DNA of 64,000 bases from an uncultured Leptospiraceae bacterium (GTDB lineage Bacteria; Spirochaetota; UBA4802; UB4802), in NCBI GenBank assembly GCA_964486725.1, contig CAZAOK010000004.1, forward strand, positions 6,014 through 70,013. Direction: 5' to 3'. The position numbers and the translations under genes were made by a program. Below the pieces are notes generated by a model, which was not told where the DNA came from, did not search any database, and saw only the letters and a list, made by a program, of their open reading frames with translations. Shown one piece after another: positions 20,427 to 29,614 of the stretch; the stretch's first letter is position 1, and each line of letters begins with the position of its first letter.

Positions 20427-21146
20427 ATGATGAAAAAAATATTATCTTCACGGTACTTGTCATCGATGTTTCTTGTAATTATACTGATGATTGCAACAGG
20501 GACCTTGAACCTTTCAGGACAGTATCAGACCTCATCTTTTATACAGCAAAAGATTACATCCCAACGGCTTCGTTTTATGCCTGTTCCTGATGATTTTCGG
20601 AACTATTTCATACTACAGTCCCTGGGAGAAAACACAACAATAATCATTGGTGATTTTACCGGCATAGAAAAAGTTGTTTCTATGATCAGCGACGATGACA
20701 ATGATGATGAACCAGATGAAATTCTTGAATATTATCCTGAACAAAAGAAAACAACAAAACCGCTCAAACCAGCTACGTCTTTCTATAAGTCATTCAAAGA
20801 GATGAAACAGGAAATCATCAACGGAAATATATTCAAAATGAGCTATTCATATAAAATGAATTCAATTGGCCTGCTTGTAAAAAAGCTGAAAGCAGGGCGG
20901 GATATATTTCGTCATGGGCATGGATACAACGTGAAGGTGTATGACCCGGATGCTGGTACAACCATAATGGCTGAGTATTTCTTCGGGAAAAAAGATGGCC
21001 GGTACGATCTTATATTTTCAACCAAGCACTACAAGCTGTATAAAACAAAAATATCACCCCCGGTTCATTTCTCAGTATACTGTCGAAACAGCAATGATCC
21101 CCTCGTTGCTGAAACTGTTGAACGATTATTAAAGTTGGTAAGATAG
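20427..21146 (+). CDS. Hypothetical secreted protein (signal peptide, acidic DDDNDDEPDE stretch)
   Basis: 239 aa with an N-terminal signal/TM (MFLVIILMIATGTL) and no recognisable domain. An RBS is present. Confidence 0.4.
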   Translation: MMKKILSSRYLSSMFLVIILMIATGTLNLSGQYQTSSFIQQKITSQRLRFMPVPDDFRNYFILQSLGENTTIIIGDFTGIEKVVSMISDDDNDDEPDEILEYYPEQKKTTKPLKPATSFYKSFKEMKQEIINGNIFKMSYSYKMNSIGLLVKKLKAGRDIFRHGHGYNVKVYDPDAGTTIMAEYFFGKKDGRYDLIFSTKHYKLYKTKISPPVHFSVYCRNSNDPLVAETVERLLKLVR

Positions 21147-21162
21147 ATTTAGTATGCCAGTA

Positions 21163-21199
21163 ATAAAAAAATCCCGGAACTGTTACCGGGATTTTTTTA
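21163..21199. terminator. Bidirectional Rho-independent terminator
   Basis: aaaaaaatcccgg-aactgtta-ccgggattttttt has a 7-bp GC-containing stem flanked by A- and T-tracts. It lies between convergent genes. Confidence 0.6.
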
Positions 21200-21257
21200 T
21201 AATGTTTAAACATTGCTGCCTTCAATATATTACAAATAGTGATAAAACATGCAGAAC

Positions 21258-21794
21258 TTACTTTTGCTCTCTTCTTTTCAGTTCATCAACCATTTCTGTA
21301 AAATGTGTATAAAAATCTTTCAATTCATCATTTTTACGAAGTGGCCGTGGGTCAGGAAGTGTTCCATTGATAATATCCTGCATATAATTTCTCATTACAT
21401 ATATTGGCCCGGCAATTTTGTGGGTTTTCCTTATTAAAACAATATATAGTACTAATCCCTGTAACAGGATAAACGCGATCAGGATGATGAGTAATGTGTT
21501 GTTTGTTTTAATAATACCCCTGATGGTGTTTAAGTTGGCGAAATGATCATTTGAAATATTCTTAATCGCAATTTTCTGGCTGGTACCTTCATATGATTGC
21601 GAGTAAGCGGTGAGGGCTTGTACTATATTATCCTGAATTTCCACTACATGAGATAATCTCGTATTATTCATGGTAATGTTTACCCCGATGGCACCAATGA
21701 CAATGGCGATAACGATAAATACGATACCGATAACAGAAAAGGTTGTTTTAAGCTGAAATTTTTTGTCTACTATATACTGTTTTCTTTGTCTCAT
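21258..21794 (-). CDS. Membrane protein: TM - ~70 aa extracytoplasmic loop - TM - HAMP-like domain, no output domain
   Basis: 178 aa with two TM helices. Its cytoplasmic tail HKIAGPIYVMRNYMQDIINGTL..DELKDFYTHFTEMVDELKRRE fits the HAMP consensus (P-I..G-L..DE-L..F..M...L). An AAGGAG RBS is present. Confidence 0.4.
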   Translation of the reverse strand: MRQRKQYIVDKKFQLKTTFSVIGIVFIVIAIVIGAIGVNITMNNTRLSHVVEIQDNIVQALTAYSQSYEGTSQKIAIKNISNDHFANLNTIRGIIKTNNTLLIILIAFILLQGLVLYIVLIRKTHKIAGPIYVMRNYMQDIINGTLPDPRPLRKNDELKDFYTHFTEMVDELKRREQK

Positions 21795-21897
21795 TTCGCT
21801 GCTCCTTGCTGATTTATACTTAACAGTTCGGCATATAGTCTATATAATAAAATTATAATGTCAATCTATTTTGCAGGAAATCCTGTAATAAGAATAA

Positions 21898-22491
21898 CTA
21901 TATCCAATCGATTATTCCTGTCTCCAGTGTCATCTTCCAGAACAGCCGAAGGGGAAACCCGATAACGTTGGAATATGATCCATTGATTTCCCTGATAATT
22001 ATATCTCCATGATCCTGTATAGCGTATGATCCTGCTTTATCCCTGTAGTGGATAAGGGAGAGGTACTTTTCAATTCTACTGTGATCAAGAGGGTTGAAAA
22101 TAACATCGGTTGATTCTGAACCGGTGATTCTGCGGATGTCCCCCATATGCCTGAAGGCGAGGGTAACGCCGGAAATAACTTTATGGGTTTTCCCTGAAAG
22201 TTGTGTCAACATTTGTATGGCATCATCATGTCCTGAGGGTTTTCCAAGTATTTCATTTTCGATAGATACAATAGTATCAGAGGTTATAAGTAAGGCCTTC
22301 TCTTTGTTGCAGGCGAGAACTTTATCAATAGACATGCTTTTTTGTAGTGCCAGACGTGTGACATGCTCCCTTGGAGATTCACCGGGCAGAATTGATTCGT
22401 CAATATGTGGACTAATTACGGTAATATCCTGAAAGAACATGGATAGTATTTCTAACCTGCGGGGAGATGATGAGCCAAGGAGTATTTTCAT
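21898..22491 (-). CDS. maf: Maf-like nucleoside triphosphate pyrophosphatase
   Basis: 197 aa with LGSSSPRR..L, ITSDTIV and SYSNVIGFPL motifs. Confidence 0.85.
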   Translation of the reverse strand: MKILLGSSSPRRLEILSMFFQDITVISPHIDESILPGESPREHVTRLALQKSMSIDKVLACNKEKALLITSDTIVSIENEILGKPSGHDDAIQMLTQLSGKTHKVISGVTLAFRHMGDIRRITGSESTDVIFNPLDHSRIEKYLSLIHYRDKAGSYAIQDHGDIIIREINGSYSNVIGFPLRLFWKMTLETGIIDWI

Positions 22492-22498
22492 GGATATT

Positions 22499-24541
22499 TT
22501 ATTTCAGCACAACCTTTTCGTTTAACTTGTATACTTCCGTAATGTTTTTTAAGTTTTTCAGCCTGGAAATGATATCATTCAGATGTTCAACACTCTTGAC
22601 TTCGAGAACAAATTTAAACAACGCGTTGTCTTTTGCCATCACCTGTGCTTCTGCCTTTAGTATATTGGTTTTTGACATACCAATTTCGTCTGCAACGTCT
22701 TTAAGCAGGTTGGGCCTGTCGAAACCATGTACTGCCAGTTTAACAGGATATGTGCTTTCTGAGCCTTCCCACAATACGTTTATAAATCGTTCACTTTGAG
22801 TTTTGAGTTTTTGAATTGAAGGGCAAGTTTTTTTGTGTATGGTTATTCCCCGTCCCCTGGTAATGAAGCCGATAACATCATCTCCGGGGATAGGCTGACA
22901 ACACTGCGAGAGACGTATCATAACATTGGAGGTACCTTCTATACTTACACCTGCATCTTTTTTGCTGGTAAAATTCTTTATCTTGATCATCTCCTGTTCG
23001 GGTATGGTTACCTCGGCTGTTTTCTGGATCTGATCTTTCTTTTCCTTCTGTTCGCCTTCATGTTCGTCATCCCTGTGTGTCTCGGTGTTTTTTCTAAGCC
23101 AGTTTCGTATCTTGTACCTTGCATTAGATGATTTAACAAATTTCAACCATGCCTGTGAGGGGTGCCCTTTCTTGCTTGTCATGATCTCCACGATATCGCC
23201 GCTATTGAGCTCGGTTTTCAGGGGAACCATGTTATTGTTAACCTTGGCGCCTATGCAGTGATTTCCCACCTCTGTATGTATCATATAGGCGAAATCAACA
23301 GGGGTTGCACCTTTGGCAAGTTTTACTATTTTACCCCGGGGAGTAAATACAAAGATCTCATCTTCATATAAATCCATCTTGAGCTCTTTCATGAACTCGC
23401 GGGTGTCCTTGACTTCTTTTTGCCATTTGTTGATATCCTGAAGAATTGTAAGATTCTTGTATTCGTTCGTTATCCTGGCAGGCCCCTCCTTGTAAAGCCA
23501 GTGGGCGGCGATTCCCATCTCGGCGGTAGCATGCATTTCCCAGGTCCGAATCTGTATTTCCAGTGGATGTCCCCCCGGACCTACGACGCTGGTATGCAGC
23601 GACTGGTACATGTTTGACTTGGGTACCGCGATGTAATCCTTGAAGCGGCCGGTAATTGGTGTCCAGAGGGTGTGAATGATACCAAGTATTCCGTAACAGT
23701 CCCTGATCTCATCGGTAATTATGCGTATTGCCCGCAGGTCGAAGATATCATCGAAGGTTTTACCCTGGTAATGTATTTTCCGGTATATTGAATAATAGTG
23801 CTTAACCCTGCCGTTTATCTGGGCGTTTATATTCATCTCCGCAAGATGCTTTTGAATGGTATCCCGAATATCATCGATGTAGGTCTCGATTTCATTGTGT
23901 CGCTGTTTTACGTTTTGAGCAATTTTTTCAAATTCATCGGCGTGCAGCACCATGAAGGCAAGGTCTTCAAGTTCTGAACGTACCTGGGACATCCCAAGCC
24001 GGCCTGCCATGGGGGCGTAGATATCACGCACCTCTTCTGCGATCCTTCGCTGCTTATGGGGTGGGTGAAACATTATAGTGCGCATATTGTGAAGCTTGTC
24101 AGCAAGCTTAACGATAATTACTCTTACGTCTTTTATAGTAGCAAGAAGCATCTTTCTCAGGCTGTGCGCCTGCTCCTGGTGCCTTGTTCTTTTTTTCAAT
24201 GACGATATTTTCGTGACACCGTCAACAAGTTGTGTTACTTCATCTCCGAACAGGCTGGACAATTCTTTCAGTGAGATTTCAGTATCCTCAACTACGTCGT
24301 GCAGCAAGGCAGCGGCAATAGTAATAGTATCCATTTTGAGGTTTGCAAGAATTATCGCCACTTCAAGTGGATGGATAATGAATGGTTCTCCTGAAAGACG
24401 TTCCTGGTTACGGTGGGCATTGTAGGCATAATCATAGGCTTTCCGCACAAGATCAACATCCGCGTCCGCATCATTGGCGTGTATAATCTGGATAAGAGTG
24501 TCCAGGTCCCTGCTTTTTATTTTAAAATCAATCTGTGGCAT
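22499..24541 (-). CDS. Bifunctional (p)ppGpp synthetase/hydrolase RelA/SpoT family
   Basis: 680 aa comprising an HD hydrolase domain (AALLHDVVEDT), a synthetase domain (YQSLHTSVVGPGG..EIQIRT), TGS and a C-terminal ACT-like region. Confidence 0.9.
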   Translation of the reverse strand: MPQIDFKIKSRDLDTLIQIIHANDADADVDLVRKAYDYAYNAHRNQERLSGEPFIIHPLEVAIILANLKMDTITIAAALLHDVVEDTEISLKELSSLFGDEVTQLVDGVTKISSLKKRTRHQEQAHSLRKMLLATIKDVRVIIVKLADKLHNMRTIMFHPPHKQRRIAEEVRDIYAPMAGRLGMSQVRSELEDLAFMVLHADEFEKIAQNVKQRHNEIETYIDDIRDTIQKHLAEMNINAQINGRVKHYYSIYRKIHYQGKTFDDIFDLRAIRIITDEIRDCYGILGIIHTLWTPITGRFKDYIAVPKSNMYQSLHTSVVGPGGHPLEIQIRTWEMHATAEMGIAAHWLYKEGPARITNEYKNLTILQDINKWQKEVKDTREFMKELKMDLYEDEIFVFTPRGKIVKLAKGATPVDFAYMIHTEVGNHCIGAKVNNNMVPLKTELNSGDIVEIMTSKKGHPSQAWLKFVKSSNARYKIRNWLRKNTETHRDDEHEGEQKEKKDQIQKTAEVTIPEQEMIKIKNFTSKKDAGVSIEGTSNVMIRLSQCCQPIPGDDVIGFITRGRGITIHKKTCPSIQKLKTQSERFINVLWEGSESTYPVKLAVHGFDRPNLLKDVADEIGMSKTNILKAEAQVMAKDNALFKFVLEVKSVEHLNDIISRLKNLKNITEVYKLNEKVVLK

Positions 24542-24660
24542 ATCACCTGCATTTCATATACAAAGTTTTTGTTCTAATATAATAAAATATTATTAGTTTT
24601 TCCATATAAAATTACCATATACAGTGTAGAAATCAAGCTTCATGTTGTCATTTCTTTTTT

Positions 24661-24986
24661 CTCACCACAGGGGCACTGAGAAACAGAGAGTCGCGTTTAT
24701 AGCCCTGTAAGGATTACCACAGAGACGCCAAGTACGCTAAGTTCGCAAAGAAGAAGATGTTTATAAATATTTTGTAATTACTCAGCTGTCATGATTAAAA
24801 GTTTCAATTATCGTAAAATGAATAATAATATTATGGCTCCCCCGCCGAAGGCGGGGGGAGATGATCAATATTTTAGTCATAGCTGAGTAGTAACGGTTAT
24901 TGTTATAAAAATTATTTTCAATTCCCAATAATCCGGAAAGAGTGAATAAAAAAATTACCTCTGTTTATCTGTGCCCCTGCAGTGAA
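24661..24986. repeat. Composite intergenic unit bounded by ~30-bp imperfect inverted repeats and containing repeat copy b plus a 44-nt shared segment
   Basis: The left repeat ctcaccacaggggcactgagaaacagagag (24661-24690) is the imperfect reverse complement of cctctgtttatctgtgcccctgcagtgaa (24958-24986), with about 22 of 30 positions matching. Inside, segment 24895-24938 is the reverse complement of 10094-10136. Confidence 0.4.
24774..24894. repeat. Structured intergenic repeat (MITE/REP-like), copy b
   Basis: Arms gtaattactcagctgtcatg and tcatagctgagtagtaac flank the central hairpin ctcccccgccgaaggcggggggag (24837-24860). Confidence 0.6.
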
Positions 24987-25074
24987 ATTTTTTTACTTAA
25001 GCATAAATGACATAATCCGATGTATTAATTAATCGATAGTTAGTAACACTCCTATTATTACATTTACCGGGTTT

Positions 25075-25118
25075 AAGGCTTTTGCAGACGGCACTCCTGC
25101 AAAAGCCTTACATTTTTT
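25075..25118 (+). terminator. Orphan intrinsic-terminator-like hairpin upstream of tsaC
   Basis: aaggcttttgcag-acggcactc-ctgcaaaagcctt is a 13-bp perfect stem followed by acatttttt on the plus strand. No plus-strand CDS lies upstream of it, only the repeat unit. Confidence 0.4.
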
Positions 25119-25217
25119 CTTGAATTTTTATGTCTCTTCATTGCTGCTGTATTTTATTTTTATTGAAGATGGATTGATAATATGTGTAACAATTTAACTG
25201 TCGTGATATCATAATGG

Positions 25218-25838
25218 GTGCGTGTAATGATATTTGTTGTTAATGAACAAAATCCGCAAAAGCGCTTTATACAGAAAGCCAGTGATATTCTGAAAGAGGG
25301 TGGGGTAATAATCTATCCTACGGATACCGTGTACGCGTATGGTTGTGATATTCAGGACAAACGCGCTATTGAAAAAATTTACCGTTTAAAAAAGATACAC
25401 AGAAATAAACCACTGAGTTTTATATTTTCGGATATATCAGAAATGCACCAGTATGTTCGTAATGTTTCTGATAAAGCTTTTAAAATAATGAGGAAGACTC
25501 TGCCGGGTCCGTATACATACATTTTTAAGGCTTCAAAGCTGGTTCCAAGAATTGCCATCACCAACCAGAAGACCATTGGCGTGAGGATTCCTGCGAGCAA
25601 TATCGCGCTTGAACTTGAGAGAACGCTTGGACGACCAATAATGTCAGCAAGTGTGAATACGTCATCCGGTGATTACATGGTAGATCCGGATGAACTTGAA
25701 AAGCAGTTTCGAAACGAAGTTGACCTGGTATTGAGTGTTGGTCCGCAAAAATCAGAAGTATCCACCATGGTTGACTTTTCACAGGGAGATGTTACAATAC
25801 TGAGGAAAGGAAAAGGCGAACTCTTTTTTCTGGAGTAG
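25218..25838 (+). CDS. tsaC: L-threonylcarbamoyladenylate synthase TsaC/YrdC family
   Basis: 206 aa with GGVIIYPTDTVYAYGCD..AIEKIYRLK and a YrdC fold. The start may be GTG 25218 or ATG 25227. Confidence 0.85.
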   Translation: MRVMIFVVNEQNPQKRFIQKASDILKEGGVIIYPTDTVYAYGCDIQDKRAIEKIYRLKKIHRNKPLSFIFSDISEMHQYVRNVSDKAFKIMRKTLPGPYTYIFKASKLVPRIAITNQKTIGVRIPASNIALELERTLGRPIMSASVNTSSGDYMVDPDELEKQFRNEVDLVLSVGPQKSEVSTMVDFSQGDVTILRKGKGELFFLE

Positions 25839-25849
25839 GAGGATAAAAG

Positions 25850-26176
25850 ATGTCAGACGCAGTGATCCAGTTTTTGAAAAATCTTTTGGCAATTGCAATC
25901 TATATAGGCCTTGGTGCGATAGTATCATGGATTTTCTATACATTGAAGCGACGAGATCTTTTTGGTGGATACATCGGTGGTATGGTGGTAGGGGTCGTGG
26001 GTGCTCTCATTGGTGGATTTGTCCTTGATAAGCTTCTACTGGATATCGTTATTAGAATATTACAGTTTCTTGTATATGAAACAGGAGTTAATATAATCGC
26101 CGGGTTTATTGGTGGATATATAGCGGTATATATAATGAATAAGCTTAACCATGACAAGGAAAGAAAGCGTTACTGA
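25850..26176 (+). CDS. GlsB/YeaQ/YmgE-family stress membrane protein
   Basis: 108 aa with glycine-zipper TM helices (GGYIGGMVVGVVGALIGGFV). A strong AGGAGG RBS is present. Confidence 0.6.
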   Translation: MSDAVIQFLKNLLAIAIYIGLGAIVSWIFYTLKRRDLFGGYIGGMVVGVVGALIGGFVLDKLLLDIVIRILQFLVYETGVNIIAGFIGGYIAVYIMNKLNHDKERKRY

Positions 26177-27828
26177 AATCCTGCCTTTATGGATTCACGG
26201 ATGTCAATCTCCACGTTGGATAAATGTTTTTCTACTTGACCGTATGAAGCAAAGGGCCGCTTAAGAACGATATCCGAGGCTGTTGTTTTGCTGATGCCCG
26301 GTATTATCTCCAGTGCTTTTTTAGGTAGAAGGTTAATAACAATTGGATGAGGAAGCCCGGTAAGGGAGCGCTCGCGCTGGCCGGTGATTATTACGCTTAG
26401 AAACTCTTTTAGTTTTACCGGAAGGGGAATGCGTATAGCTATGGCATAACTTTTCAGCTGTCGTCCCAGGGAATGATCATGATGGCGTTCTTCTATTCTT
26501 ACATCACGCAGAATTGTTCCTGTGGGATATATCCGTTGCAGCATGGTGTGGTCAATATCCTCGCGTATTTTCTGACGGTAATAATCATACCTGTTGCGTA
26601 TCTTAGTGGATATATGATGACCGTCGGCTGCTGCAGGCGTTCCGGGAAAAGGTAATATGCTGCGTATGTTAATACGTTTCAAAAGCAGTCCTTCATCCAA
26701 AATTTCTTTCAGGTAATTATAGTTTATTTTAAAAGTTTCAGCTGTTTCGCCGGGAAGTCCATGTATGAGATTAATTCCAGGAAGTAAGGTATATTGTCCC
26801 CCCGTTTTAAATCCGCCACTCTCGTTAATAAGACGTACCACCTCCTTTACCTGCTCACCCGGTAATTTTAAATTGTTCTTTTTTATTACGGTCGTGTCAA
26901 AAGATTCAACACCCAGGGGCAGCGTATCATCAGGGGTAACCGCATGTGCTATGGCTTCGATAATTTGCGAGGATTCACGGGGATAATGAAAAATGGTGCC
27001 TGGATTGGCATTATCCACGTTTAGTATTTTTATCTGGCCAGCCTCTTTTCGGGATTGTAGTTCTTTAAAAAGGCTGGCAACCAGGCTAACCTCCGGTTTG
27101 GGAAAACCGAAGGTAAATTCATTCATGGTTGACTTATAGGCAATTATGTCGGCCTGCCTTCCGATTCTGAAGCGGGATATGCCCATTTTAATAAGGGTAT
27201 CAACCTCTGTCAGTATTGACAACTGGTTGCGGTATTGCACGTCGCAGCTGTGTATGCTTTCTGAGCAGAATGAGCAATGGGATCTTCTGGGACATCCTCG
27301 ATAGGTTTCGATCTCACATACGAGATGTGGAAAATCCGGGTGTTGGGTCACCATGTGAGCCCCGTACGCTGCCCATCGGTTTAGTTCTTCGTACGTTCTA
27401 TTGCCGTATCCTTTTGAACCACGGGCATACTCATAGGCGAATTTTTCAATGTCGTTTGTACATAAATGAACCTTTTTTAAAATTACATCATCCAGTGTAT
27501 ACGCTACCAGGCCGCCAATAGCAAATTCCAGGTGCGAATTGTTTTGCAGTATGGTATTGATTTCTGATACGGTGCCAATCCTGTAACCAAGGTATTTTCC
27601 CGGTACCGCGGCACCGCCGATCAGTAAAACCATCCTGTATTCATTTTTAATAATGTAGTGACTGCCACGGATCATGTCTATGGTTACATAATCTATGTGG
27701 ACCGGATCAATCCCCGCGTCAACCAACGCGCCATAAATATACCTGGGATAAGGAGAAAGAAAGGGGGGGACACCAAAGCAGGCCGGCTCATCAACGTAAC
27801 AATCCAGTATAAGATATCCCCCACTCAT
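26170..27828 (-). CDS. Radical SAM superfamily protein with N-terminal accessory domain and C-terminal helix-hairpin-helix
   Basis: 552 aa. The cysteine cluster YRGCPRRSHCSFC (Cx5Cx2C) lies in a TIM-barrel-like core (GISRFRIGRQ, ILNVDNANPG, GVESFDT). The C-terminus LTGLPHPIVINLLPKKALEIIPGISKTTASDIV is HhH-like. It is the last gene of a 3-gene minus-strand operon. Confidence 0.65.
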   Translation of the reverse strand: MSGGYLILDCYVDEPACFGVPPFLSPYPRYIYGALVDAGIDPVHIDYVTIDMIRGSHYIIKNEYRMVLLIGGAAVPGKYLGYRIGTVSEINTILQNNSHLEFAIGGLVAYTLDDVILKKVHLCTNDIEKFAYEYARGSKGYGNRTYEELNRWAAYGAHMVTQHPDFPHLVCEIETYRGCPRRSHCSFCSESIHSCDVQYRNQLSILTEVDTLIKMGISRFRIGRQADIIAYKSTMNEFTFGFPKPEVSLVASLFKELQSRKEAGQIKILNVDNANPGTIFHYPRESSQIIEAIAHAVTPDDTLPLGVESFDTTVIKKNNLKLPGEQVKEVVRLINESGGFKTGGQYTLLPGINLIHGLPGETAETFKINYNYLKEILDEGLLLKRINIRSILPFPGTPAAADGHHISTKIRNRYDYYRQKIREDIDHTMLQRIYPTGTILRDVRIEERHHDHSLGRQLKSYAIAIRIPLPVKLKEFLSVIITGQRERSLTGLPHPIVINLLPKKALEIIPGISKTTASDIVLKRPFASYGQVEKHLSNVEIDIRESIKAGFQ

Positions 27829-27829
27829 A

Positions 27830-28411
27830 TTACAGTGTTCTCAGCCGGGAGATTAGTTGTTCAAGATTGCCATTTACATTGCGCTGAAGTTTTTCTTCTA
27901 TAAAATATATCATCCTGCTGTTTAAGAGTATTCGTTCCCGTCGTTCCGGGCTGGTTCCGTATCGATTAAGCAGGTCATTAACGCGCTGATCAACGGTGAC
28001 AATTGTATGATGCATCACCCGTTTATCAGCGTAATATACAATTTCACGTTCTTCAACCGGCCCTTCCGGGTTGAAATTAGTAAAAAAAACGTGTTCGCCT
28101 ACAATGTAGGCAATTTCCGGCATGTCAAGATTTCGAAGGAGTTCTGCCCCGGTTTTGTCATGGGGTTCACCAGTAGAAAGTCCCCGTGTTTTGGTGATAT
28201 CATGCAGAAGGGATGCGGCAAGAAGCAGGTCACGGTTTACGGGATTCTCGTCATTCAGGTTATCAGCTATTGCCAGTGCAACGTTCATAACCTGGCGTGA
28301 GTGTTCAACGATGTTGGGAAGCATCCTGAACTCATTCATCAGGTGATAGCATTCTTTTTCGTCTGGTATTTTTGGATAATTTTTATTCATGAAATAAACC
28401 GGTAACGGCAT
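27830..28411 (-). CDS. HD-domain phosphohydrolase (YqeK-like)
   Basis: 193 aa with HSRQVMNVALAIA..LLLAASLLHDITKT, i.e. HD motif H..D. Its size and motifs resemble the YqeK/HDIG family. It sits 2 nt from the radical SAM gene. Confidence 0.6.
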   Translation of the reverse strand: MPLPVYFMNKNYPKIPDEKECYHLMNEFRMLPNIVEHSRQVMNVALAIADNLNDENPVNRDLLLAASLLHDITKTRGLSTGEPHDKTGAELLRNLDMPEIAYIVGEHVFFTNFNPEGPVEEREIVYYADKRVMHHTIVTVDQRVNDLLNRYGTSPERRERILLNSRMIYFIEEKLQRNVNGNLEQLISRLRTL

Positions 28412-28420
28412 TATTTTTTA

Positions 28421-29614
28421 TCAGTTAAAATAATCGAAAACCATGCCAAAATCAAGGTTGCCGATCTTCCGGCTCTTGTATTTCTCGTAAATACTTCGCC
28501 TGCCGTTTTCAAGGGCCTCGGGTTTTATACCGTATTTAATTGAGAGGGATGCCTCTATGAAGGCGGCAAGATCATCACAACCTTTCAGCATTATGCCATC
28601 GAGGGGATTCCATTTATCATGATTATACGTTGTGTTCATTTTTTCAACGGGTATATCATATTCTATGATTCCGTCACGCATTATCTTGTTGGTAAATTCA
28701 TTTTCAGTAAAATAACGGATCTCTGAATGCCAGCTTTCGGGTATAAGTGGGTAAATTTTTTCTTCCGCCTGGATCTTTTCGTATTCTTTTATGATATCAT
28801 CAAGTCCTTCAACTGATCTTTTAAGTGGTGAGACAATATCACGGGTGAGAACCTCGGGGAGGTCGTGAAAAAGCGAGGCGAAGAAATTATTGTATATCCT
28901 CTGCCTGGTGAATCCTGCTTCCATTGAACAGAAATAACTCAGTATTGCAACTATCAGCATATGACCAAGCACGGAGGTATGGGGTATCCTCGGGGTCTGC
29001 GCCCAGCGTTGTTGCAGGCGTAACTGGCCGCAAAGATTTATGAAACCTGAGATGTCCCTGTGCAGTAAAATTTTCTGAACTCCAACAAGGTCGTTGTGTT
29101 TTTCAATCTGGGCTTCTATCTCACCTTTTGTTTTGTCAATATCCTGCATGAACGAATTGCCGGGGTATATTAACCTGAATTCCCAGTTGGTGGCAAGATA
29201 ATGGGCTGCCCGAAGAATTCTTTTTTCAACAACCGAGTAATTCTCGTTAAAAAAATATTCCTCGAACTTGTCACTGAATTCACCTGCAATGGTATTGATA
29301 TCCCCCTGGAGTTCCTGCAGCACCCAGCGGTTCAGTTCATTTCCCTTTTCTTTCATGATTTTATGAAAAACCGGCGGCTTGATGTCGGTTACCACTACCC
29401 GGTGAAGAAATTCAATTATTCCGCCTTCAATGAGTTTTATCCAGTTAAATACATGGCTGCCTGATTCTGATTCATACCTGGCGATCACGTAGGCGATGAT
29501 CATTTTATGAGCCTGCTTGTCAAGTTCTGTAAGCTCTGCTGGCCGAAGATGATCATTCCATCGCTGAATGCTGGCCGCCTGATGTATCCACTCTATTGCA
29601 CCCTTGCTGAACAT
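28421..29614 (-). CDS. Tandem YfbR-like HD-domain protein (5'-deoxynucleotidase-like; first repeat degenerate)
   Basis: The C-terminal half (LQQRWAQTPRIPHTSVLGHMLIVAIL..ASLFHDLPEVLTRDIVSPLKR) resembles YfbR (INRWPLMRN..EHSLQVAMVAHALA..HDASEVLTGDLPTPVK). The N-terminal half repeats the pattern (ASIQRWNDHLRPAELTELDKQAHKMIIAYVIA) but lacks the His. Start chosen at ATG 29614 (GGAGG RBS); the track ORF extends to 29785. Confidence 0.55.
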   Translation of the reverse strand: MFSKGAIEWIHQAASIQRWNDHLRPAELTELDKQAHKMIIAYVIARYESESGSHVFNWIKLIEGGIIEFLHRVVVTDIKPPVFHKIMKEKGNELNRWVLQELQGDINTIAGEFSDKFEEYFFNENYSVVEKRILRAAHYLATNWEFRLIYPGNSFMQDIDKTKGEIEAQIEKHNDLVGVQKILLHRDISGFINLCGQLRLQQRWAQTPRIPHTSVLGHMLIVAILSYFCSMEAGFTRQRIYNNFFASLFHDLPEVLTRDIVSPLKRSVEGLDDIIKEYEKIQAEEKIYPLIPESWHSEIRYFTENEFTNKIMRDGIIEYDIPVEKMNTTYNHDKWNPLDGIMLKGCDDLAAFIEASLSIKYGIKPEALENGRRSIYEKYKSRKIGNLDFGMVFDYFN

